A stretch of 64,000 nt of DNA from sequence record SRR31156797_3690, one strand, 5' to 3'. Made by a program: the position numbers and the translations under genes. Under the pieces are notes generated by a model. The model did not search any database, was not told the DNA's origin, and worked only from the letters and a program-made list of their open reading frames with translations. The stretch's first letter is position 1, and the number at the start of each line of letters is the position of its first letter. Of this stretch, positions 10,274-19,304 are shown piece after piece.

Positions 10274-10357
10274 GATCTGACTCCTTTTTAATGATTCGTA
10301 CTATGTTAATTTACATAATTATTGAATAGAAGTCAAAATACTTAAGGGGGAAACTGC

Positions 10358-11299
10358 GTGAACAGCTTTTTGAAATATTTATTGAAACGAGTGTTCTACA
10401 TGGTCTTAACATTATGGCTGATTGCCACGATCACCTTTTTCTTGATGCAATTTTTGCCAGGAACACCATATACGAATGCTGAAAAATTAAGTCCAGAACA
10501 AATTGCCTTGCTAAATGAGCAAGCAGGATTGGACAAACCGATCATTACCCAATATTGGCTTTATTTGACCAATCTACTAAAAGGTGACTTTGGGATCTCT
10601 TTCCAATTTAAAAACCAGCCAGTAGCGAATTTATTATCAGGAAGAATCGGACCTTCACTGCAACTAGGACTACAAGCGATCATCTTTGGTACCTTCTTTG
10701 GGATTATTTTAGGAACGATCTCTGCAATGAAGCAAAATACTTGGGTCGACACAACGTCTACCTTAGTGGCGATCTTAGGGCGTTCGATCCCTAACTTTGT
10801 CTTTGCCGTTTTGCTGCAATATATTTTTGCCATCAAACTAGGGATCTTGCCGATTGCCAAGTGGGAGACCTTTGCCAGCACGATCTTACCGACCGTCGCC
10901 TTAGCGATGTCGCCGTTAGCGGATTCCGCTAGGTTTATTCGAACCGAGATGGTGGAAGTGCTGCATAGTGATTATGTCGAGTTGGCACGAGCAAAAGGTT
11001 TGAGCCGCTGGGAAATTGCCTTCAAGCACGGTTTGCGGAATAGTTTGATTCCGTTATTGACGTTGTTAGGACCGCTAGCTGTCGGTTTGATGACTGGTTC
11101 CCTTGTCGTAGAAAATATTTTTGCGATCCCGGGTATCGGTGAACAGTTCGTAAAATCAATCATGACCAATGACTATCCGACGATCATGGCGGTAACGATC
11201 CTTTATTCCGCAATGTTGGTCTTTGTGATTCTTGTTGTTGATATTTTATATGGAATCGTTGATCCGCGGATCCGAGTTTCAGAAGGGAGTCGTGGCTAA
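10358..11299 (+). CDS. oppB: Oligopeptide ABC permease OppB
   Basis: PGTP, GLDKP, GDFGIS, ARAKGL EAA-like loop, VENIFAIPGIG. Confidence 0.93.
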   Translation: MNSFLKYLLKRVFYMVLTLWLIATITFFLMQFLPGTPYTNAEKLSPEQIALLNEQAGLDKPIITQYWLYLTNLLKGDFGISFQFKNQPVANLLSGRIGPSLQLGLQAIIFGTFFGIILGTISAMKQNTWVDTTSTLVAILGRSIPNFVFAVLLQYIFAIKLGILPIAKWETFASTILPTVALAMSPLADSARFIRTEMVEVLHSDYVELARAKGLSRWEIAFKHGLRNSLIPLLTLLGPLAVGLMTGSLVVENIFAIPGIGEQFVKSIMTNDYPTIMAVTILYSAMLVFVILVVDILYGIVDPRIRVSEGSRG

Positions 11300-12342
11300 T
11301 GGCAGAGAAACCTTACACAGCAAATGATGTTGCTGCCATCGATGCAGCCAAATTTCAACCGTTACAAAAAAATACCAATGAAGAGCGTGAAGCGATCGCA
11401 ACCCCCTCATTAACCTTTTTCCAAGATTCGTGGCGTCGTTTGAAAAAGAACAAAGCCGCTGTTTTCTCAATCGTTTTGTTGCTGATCATTATTACGATCT
11501 CAATCATTACCATTTTTGTCTCGCCACATGATCCGACCGCGCAAAATGTGACCTTTACAAATCTGCCGCCGAAAATTCCCGGTATCAACATCAATGGCTT
11601 AAACGGCTATGCGATGGTGGGAGGCGAGCTAGTAGATAAGTATGCAGCTGCCAATGTACCTGACGGGACATATTTCCTTTTAGGAACGGATGGATTAGGT
11701 CGTGACTTATTGAGTCGTCTATTTGTAGGGACACGTATCTCCTTATTGATTGCGTTTATCGCAGCGATGCTAGATATCATCTTTGGTGTAACCTATGGTT
11801 TGATCTCTGGTCTTTTAGGTGGACGAATCGATAATGTGATGCAACGTTTCCTAGAAATCTTATCAGGTATTCCCAACTTAGTGGTAATGATCTTAATGCT
11901 GGTAGTTTTCGAACCTGGGATCTTCTCGATCGTGGCAGCAATGGCGATCACTAACTGGATTCCAATGGCGCGGATCGTACGGGCCCAAACAATGAAACTA
12001 AAAGATCAGGAATTCGTTTTAGCCGCAACAACGCTGGGGGAAAGCCGTCTCAAGATTGCGATGAAACACGTATTACCAAATATTTCCAGCGTGATCATCG
12101 TACAAATGATGTTCAGTATTCCCTCGGCGATTTTCTTCGAGGCCTTCCTAAGCTTTATTGGGCTAGGATTAAAACCACCTTCAGCATCTTTAGGGATGCT
12201 ACTAAGCGATGGCTACAAAACCTTCTTGTTCCTGCCTTACCAAATGTGGGTACCGGCTGTGACCTTGTCTGTGATTATGATTGGGTTCAATTTGCTGGCA
12301 GACGGTTTGCGTGATGCCTTTGATCCGAAAATGAAAGAGTGA
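11299..12342 (+). CDS. oppC: Oligopeptide ABC permease OppC
   Basis: WRRLKKNK, LGTDGLGRD, EFVLAA, FLSFIGLG, DGLRDAFDPK. Confidence 0.93.
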   Translation: MAEKPYTANDVAAIDAAKFQPLQKNTNEEREAIATPSLTFFQDSWRRLKKNKAAVFSIVLLLIIITISIITIFVSPHDPTAQNVTFTNLPPKIPGININGLNGYAMVGGELVDKYAAANVPDGTYFLLGTDGLGRDLLSRLFVGTRISLLIAFIAAMLDIIFGVTYGLISGLLGGRIDNVMQRFLEILSGIPNLVVMILMLVVFEPGIFSIVAAMAITNWIPMARIVRAQTMKLKDQEFVLAATTLGESRLKIAMKHVLPNISSVIIVQMMFSIPSAIFFEAFLSFIGLGLKPPSASLGMLLSDGYKTFLFLPYQMWVPAVTLSVIMIGFNLLADGLRDAFDPKMKE

Positions 12343-12347
12343 TTGCT

Positions 12348-13394
12348 ATGAAAAAAGTCTTAGAAGTGAAAAACTTAGAAATTTCTTTTGACACCTTTGC
12401 TGGGAAAGTCCAAGCAATCCGCGATGTCAGTTTCGATCTATACAAAGGAGAAACCTTGGCGATCGTGGGCGAATCCGGGAGCGGCAAGTCCGTGACAACC
12501 CGCAGTATCATGGGGTTGTTAGCCAGCAATGCCAATGTCGATAATGGCCAGATCCTCTTCAATGGGACGGACATTTTGAAAAAATCCGAAAAAGAACTGC
12601 AAAAAATCCGTGGCAAGGAAATCGCCATGATTTTCCAAGATCCAATGACTTCACTAGACCCAACGATGCCGATTGGCAAGCAAGTGGCAGAGTCATTGAT
12701 GAAGCACAACAAAATCAGTAAAAAAGAGGGCTTGCGACAAGCGTTGGAATTACTGAACCTTGTCGGCATCCCGAATGCTGAGAAACGCTTGAAAAATTAT
12801 CCGCATCAATTTTCGGGTGGTCAGCGGCAGCGGATCGTTATTGCGATCGCGCTGATCTGTTACCCACAGATCTTAATTGCAGATGAACCGACGACTGCAT
12901 TGGATGTAACGATCCAAGCACAGATCTTAGAGTTATTAAAAGATATTCAGAAGAAAATCAATTCGTCCATCGTCTTTATCACCCATGACTTGGGTGTCGT
13001 TGCCAATGTGGCTGACCGAGTAGCCGTGATGTATGGTGGGAAAATCGTCGAAGTGGGCACCGCAGAAGAAATCTTCTACAACCCGCAACATCCATACACC
13101 TGGGGCTTGTTGGGTTCGATGCCAACGTTAGAAGGGACAGGCGATCGTTTGTACGCGATTCCTGGTTCACCGCCGGATCTGTTGGACCCGCCAACCGGGG
13201 ACGCTTTTTATCCACGAAACGAATTTGCTTTGCAGATCGATGCAGAACAGCAACCGCCGTTCTTTGATGTTTCACCGACCCACAAAGCAGCAACGTGGCT
13301 GTTAGCGCCGCAAGCACCGAAGGTAACTCCGCCGGATGAGATCTTGATTCGCTGGAAAAAATTCCAAGAAAAAAATACTCAGGCATCTGTCTAA
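12348..13394 (+). CDS. oppD: Oligopeptide ABC ATPase OppD
   Basis: [30 protein letters not shown]; alternative GTG start at 12339. Confidence 0.93.
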   Translation: MKKVLEVKNLEISFDTFAGKVQAIRDVSFDLYKGETLAIVGESGSGKSVTTRSIMGLLASNANVDNGQILFNGTDILKKSEKELQKIRGKEIAMIFQDPMTSLDPTMPIGKQVAESLMKHNKISKKEGLRQALELLNLVGIPNAEKRLKNYPHQFSGGQRQRIVIAIALICYPQILIADEPTTALDVTIQAQILELLKDIQKKINSSIVFITHDLGVVANVADRVAVMYGGKIVEVGTAEEIFYNPQHPYTWGLLGSMPTLEGTGDRLYAIPGSPPDLLDPPTGDAFYPRNEFALQIDAEQQPPFFDVSPTHKAATWLLAPQAPKVTPPDEILIRWKKFQEKNTQASV

Positions 13395-13408
13395 AGGAGG
13401 AGAAACGG

Positions 13409-14347
13409 TTGGAAAAAGTTTTACTTGAAGTAAAGAATCTCAAACAATATTTTAACGTTGGCCGCAAAGACGAAGTCAAAGCCGTCGATGATATCTCCTT
13501 CCAAATCTATGAAGGAGAAACCTTTGGTCTAGTAGGTGAATCCGGAAGCGGAAAATCGACCACTGGACGGACGGTGATTCGTTTGAATAATCCTACCGGA
13601 GGCGAAGTTCTTTTTGATGGACAAGATGTTATGAAAATCAAAGGCAAGAAACCGCTGGCTGATTTTCGCCGGGAAGTTCAAATGGTCTTCCAAGATCCTT
13701 ATGCCTCCTTGAATCCACGGATGAAAGTTCGCGACATTATTGCCGAAGGGATCGATATCAACGGATTAGCTAAAAATGAAAAAGAACGTAATGATCGGGT
13801 GGATGAACTCTTGCGAACCGTCGGACTAAACCCAAGTCATGGGACCCGTTATCCTCATGAATTTTCAGGGGGACAACGTCAGCGGATCGGAATCGCCCGA
13901 GCATTAGCCGTCGATCCAAAATTCATCATTTGTGATGAACCGATCTCGGCATTGGATGTTTCGATCCAAGCCCAAGTTGTCAACTTGCTGCAAGATCTGC
14001 AAGAAGAACATAAATTGACGTACTTGTTTATCGCCCATGATTTATCGATGGTCAAACACATCAGCGATCGGATCGGCGTGATGCACAACGGCAAACTGCT
14101 AGAAGTAGGAACCAGTGATGAAATCTATCATTACGGGGTCCATCCGTATACTGAAAGTCTTTTATCAGCGATTCCGCTGCCAGATCCTGACCATGAGCGT
14201 CAACGCAAACGGATCAAATACGTCAGCGAACCAAACGATAACCAAGAACGAGCAATGGAAGAGATCGCACCAGGACATTTCGTTTATGCCACGAAACAAG
14301 AAGCCAAGATCTACCAAGAAAAGTTAGCACAAAAAAAGGGGAACTAG
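13409..14347 (+). CDS. oppF: Oligopeptide ABC ATPase OppF
   Basis: [34 protein letters not shown] start behind AGGAG. Confidence 0.93.
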   Translation: MEKVLLEVKNLKQYFNVGRKDEVKAVDDISFQIYEGETFGLVGESGSGKSTTGRTVIRLNNPTGGEVLFDGQDVMKIKGKKPLADFRREVQMVFQDPYASLNPRMKVRDIIAEGIDINGLAKNEKERNDRVDELLRTVGLNPSHGTRYPHEFSGGQRQRIGIARALAVDPKFIICDEPISALDVSIQAQVVNLLQDLQEEHKLTYLFIAHDLSMVKHISDRIGVMHNGKLLEVGTSDEIYHYGVHPYTESLLSAIPLPDPDHERQRKRIKYVSEPNDNQERAMEEIAPGHFVYATKQEAKIYQEKLAQKKGN

Positions 14348-14377
14348 CGTCAAAGGTATAGGGAGTGTTAGGAGGAG

Positions 14378-15376
14378 ATGAAACTGGGTGTTTTAAAAGC
14401 ATACAAATTTCGGATCTATCCTAATGGACAGCAAAAACAGTTTTTCATCGAAACCTTCGGCTGTGTTCGGTTTACGTACAATCAACTGCTGGAGGCGAAG
14501 ATGGAGGAGCTGGCCAACAATGAAGCAAAGCAAGGGTTGACGCCAGCCAAACTAAAAAAGGAGTATCCTTTTTTGAAGGAGACCGATAGTTTGGCATTGG
14601 CGAATGCACAAAGGAATCTGGACCGAGCGTTTCGAAATTACTTTCAAAAGCGGGCTGGCTTTCCAAAAATGAAAACCAAAAAAAGTATTTGGCAATCGTA
14701 TACTACGAATAATCAGCAGCACACCATTTACTTTGAAGAGGATCAAATCAAGCTGCCAAAGCTCAAAACACTGGTTCCAGTAAAAAAGCATCGGGAGATC
14801 AAAGGGAAAATCAAATCGGCAACGATCTCAGCGAAAAACAATGAAGAGTTTTATATCTCGATTCTTTGTTTGGAAGAGATCACACCACTCCCGAAACAGC
14901 AAGCGTCTATCGCGGTTGTTTATGATCCGCAGCAGCTGATCAAAGCCAACCAATCGGTACCGGTCACTTGTGAGCATGCGATCCAAACAAAACAGAAGCT
15001 GACACGAGCAGAACGCAAACTTCAGGTGAAAGCTACGGCGGTCAAACGGAAAAAAATCCTTTTGACTCAGGCACGAAATTATCAGAAGCTAAAAGGAAAA
15101 GTCGCTCGCCTCTATCGTTTTCACTGCTGTCAAAAGCGGGAATTCATCGATCAAGTCAGTTATCATCTCGTAAAACAGTACGATACAATCTATTTGGAAC
15201 AAATTGCTGAAGAAACGGTTCTAAAAGCCGGTCATTACAGCATCAGCGATTGGCATCAGTTTGTTCGCAAAATCCAGTACAAAGCGCAGTGGTACGGCAA
15301 AGAACTGCGTTTTGTCACGTTGGACACGCAGGACCAACAGAAGCTAGAGCGGCTCTCAGGCGAAATGAGCAGCTGA
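14378..15376 (+). CDS. tldR: Nuclease-dead TnpB homologue (TldR-type RNA-guided repressor), oppF-associated
   Basis: IS200/IS605 TnpB N-terminus (KAYKFRIYPN..FGCVRFTYN, LKKEYPFLKE.DSLAL, GFPK.K, LPKLK); RuvC-I GIDLG replaced by AVVYD; RuvC-II Glu kept (DTIYLE); ends without the CxxC zinc ribbon or RuvC-III; strong GGAGGAG RBS 30 bp after oppF; no tnpA. Confidence 0.85.
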   Translation: MKLGVLKAYKFRIYPNGQQKQFFIETFGCVRFTYNQLLEAKMEELANNEAKQGLTPAKLKKEYPFLKETDSLALANAQRNLDRAFRNYFQKRAGFPKMKTKKSIWQSYTTNNQQHTIYFEEDQIKLPKLKTLVPVKKHREIKGKIKSATISAKNNEEFYISILCLEEITPLPKQQASIAVVYDPQQLIKANQSVPVTCEHAIQTKQKLTRAERKLQVKATAVKRKKILLTQARNYQKLKGKVARLYRFHCCQKREFIDQVSYHLVKQYDTIYLEQIAEETVLKAGHYSISDWHQFVRKIQYKAQWYGKELRFVTLDTQDQQKLERLSGEMSS

Positions 15377-15477
15377 TCTGCTTGAACTGGAAGGAACGCC
15401 AGGGATCGCCTAGGGTATAGAAAAAATCTTTATGATTTTTGTTTCTAGGAACCACGTTCACTAATTATGATTAACCA
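15377..15477 (+). ncRNA. omega-RNA-like guide RNA of the TnpB/TldR (scaffold to 15461, guide from 15462)
   Basis: CTGG/CCAG stem whose loop GAACG (15394-15398) pairs with CGTTC (15455-15459) as a pseudoknot; CCTAGGG/TTCTAGG and AAAAATC/GATTTTT stems; scaffold ends in GTTCAC like IS605-group right ends; guide TAATTATGATTAACCA; exact ends inferred. Confidence 0.75.
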
Positions 15478-15478
15478 G

Positions 15479-15522
15479 CAACCCCCTGCCAAACTATGGT
15501 TTAGCAGGGGGTTGTATTTTTT
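15479..15522. terminator. Terminator closing the guide RNA, shared with the convergent NrtR-like gene
   Basis: CAACCCCCTGCCAAAC-TATG-GTTTAGCAGGGGGTTG then TATTTTTT. Confidence 0.85.
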
Positions 15523-16353
15523 TTACATTTTATCACCTAAAAATGCGTCATTTAAGCGATAGATCTTTGAGGGACGCCCGATGCCAACGGGCTTTTCGCC
15601 GACCTCCGTAAAATATTGAAGCATGGATTTTTTAAAGTTGGAATGATCGATCATTTTAAAATCGATCCCTAAAAACTTGGCGAATACTTTACGGGCTTCC
15701 GTGATCGTAAAGTCTTTGCCTAACACAAGAAGCACTTGCGGCTCGTGCTCCATCTTATTGGCAACCCGTTTGAAGGCTTTGAGAATGATCGCGCTGTGGT
15801 CAAAAGCCAGCGTATCTTTTCCAACAGAGGCACCAGTCACCAGGTCAAGAATGATCTCGATCTCACCGCTGGTCAAATAGATTTGATTGGCTTTTCTTTC
15901 CAGAGAAAACCAGCGTACCTGATTCGCATCGTCCCCAGCACTTAAGGGCTCTTCACCAATAAATGCCAAATAGCTGACGGTGATTACCCACCCACGTGGA
16001 TCACGACCAGGGGTGCTGAAGGTGTGCAGCTGTTCGATGTTTTGTTTGGAGATAGTGACCCCGATCTCTTCTTGGGTCTCACGGATCACACTTTGACCTG
16101 TCGATTCATTCGGATTGACGAAGCCCCCCGGCAATGCCCAAGAATTGCGGAAGGGATGGCCTTTTCTTTGGATCAGCGCAATTTTGAGTTGTTCTTCTTC
16201 TTTGTTGTAACACATCAACACCATATCGACGGTTACGGAGGGTTTCTCGTATTTCGGCTGATCTTGTGCCTGATACCACGTAAGAAAGTCTGCTTCAGAA
16301 GCTTCTTTCTCATAGTAGTGTTTTTCAGCTGATTTTGAGGTAAATTCTTTCAT
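15523..16353 (-). CDS. NrtR-like Nudix hydrolase / wHTH transcriptional regulator
   Basis: PSVTVD, WALPGGFV..NES....IRETQEEIG Nudix box, RDPRGW, LAFDH, C-terminal NFKK and GRPSKIYR. Confidence 0.85.
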   Translation of the reverse strand: MKEFTSKSAEKHYYEKEASEADFLTWYQAQDQPKYEKPSVTVDMVLMCYNKEEEQLKIALIQRKGHPFRNSWALPGGFVNPNESTGQSVIRETQEEIGVTISKQNIEQLHTFSTPGRDPRGWVITVSYLAFIGEEPLSAGDDANQVRWFSLERKANQIYLTSGEIEIILDLVTGASVGKDTLAFDHSAIILKAFKRVANKMEHEPQVLLVLGKDFTITEARKVFAKFLGIDFKMIDHSNFKKSMLQYFTEVGEKPVGIGRPSKIYRLNDAFLGDKM

Positions 16354-16403
16354 TGGTTTCTCCTGCCTTAGATAAAGTAAGTAACTGAGCGCGATGGTTT
16401 TCC

Positions 16404-16679
16404 TTAACGGAAAAAATAAGGAACGATCAAATTAATGAAAAACAGTGCGAGATAAAGCCAAGAAGACCGAGGGTGTTCTTTGAGTGCTAAATAGCCCCAA
16501 AGAGCGATCCATAGCAGAAAAGCTACCCGTAGGATTGCCAGCGCTGTCGCAAAAAGCGCCGCGTAATCATGGCTGTTGAAGTAAGCAAACAAAAAGGGGT
16601 AACCTGTGGTTGAAAAGAGCAAGTGCCCCACAGAAAGCGCGGTTAAAAGCAAAAAATGCTGTTTGTTTTTTCGAGTCAT
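16404..16679 (-). CDS. Small hypothetical membrane protein
   Basis: 91 aa hydrophobic ORF from ATG 16679 with an AAAGGA RBS. Confidence 0.65.
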   Translation of the reverse strand: MTRKNKQHFLLLTALSVGHLLFSTTGYPFLFAYFNSHDYAALFATALAILRVAFLLWIALWGYLALKEHPRSSWLYLALFFINLIVPYFFR

Positions 16680-17017
16680 AGCGTTCCTTTCTATAAGAGA
16701 AGTCTTCCTCATTATAGCAAAAGAAGTACCTGTTAATCAAAGAGAGATAAAACACCTTTATTTCTTATGAGATTCGTTGTCAGGATCAGATTCTTCCCCT
16801 AGAACATTGAAGTGAACGGCTATCTGCGCTATGATAACTAGTAGAAAAGAAATACTCAAATCTGCTGGTTTATTTGCTGCGTTTTAAGGACGAAAACGAT
16901 TCCTTTGCTTCTTTTAGAGCATGAAGAAAGGTCTTATTATGTCCGCTTTTTTGATTAAATTTATAGCATTTTTGGGTTGCGAACTGTATACTACCTAAGT
17001 ATACACTTTACTAGTGA

Positions 17018-19042
<2,025 letters not shown>

Positions 19043-19084
19043 TTTTTAGGAGAAATTCTTTGTTGAATTTCAGCGAAAATAAAA

Positions 19085-19113
19085 TTGCCAGACCCGAAAA
19101 GATTTTGTATAAT
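19085..19113 (+). promoter_or_regulatory. sigma-A promoter of the P-type ATPase gene
   Basis: TTGCCA-17bp-TATAAT. Confidence 0.75.
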
Positions 19114-19130
19114 GTAGGTTATTGATATGA

Positions 19131-19221
19131 ACATGAGGGAGTAATTGGCGGATTTTATCTGCGGCAGTATCACCATCCTGAAAGAAATTTCTGGTGCTGT
19201 CTTAAACAGTGAGACTTATGT
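19131..19221 (+). ncRNA. yybP-ykoY (Mn2+) riboswitch aptamer
   Basis: P1 ACATGAG/CTTATGT with GGGAGTA on the 5' side and GAGAC on the 3' side; internal helices; sits upstream of a cation P-type ATPase, the known context in lactic acid bacteria. Confidence 0.8.
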
Positions 19222-19257
19222 ATGCTTAGACAGTGCATACATAAGTCTATTTTTTTT
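19212..19257 (+). terminator. Riboswitch-controlled leader terminator
   Basis: Perfect 14-bp stem AGACTTATGTATGC / GCATACATAAGTCT plus T8; its 5' arm overlaps the 3' strand of aptamer P1. Confidence 0.85.
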
Positions 19258-19304
19258 CATATCATGTACAATAAAGGAAGAGTAAGTATAAAAGGAGGAG
19301 AAAC

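Noticed and set aside
14378-15376. tnpB pseudogene
   Set aside because: The ORF is uninterrupted with a strong RBS, loss is confined to nuclease parts, and the RNA scaffold pairings are intact; only comparative dN/dS could fully exclude decay
14348-15522. Active IS200/IS605 (IS1341-type) insertion sequence
   Set aside because: No tnpA, only 30 bp between oppF and the ORF so no left end, no subterminal right-end hairpin, and RuvC is degenerate and truncated
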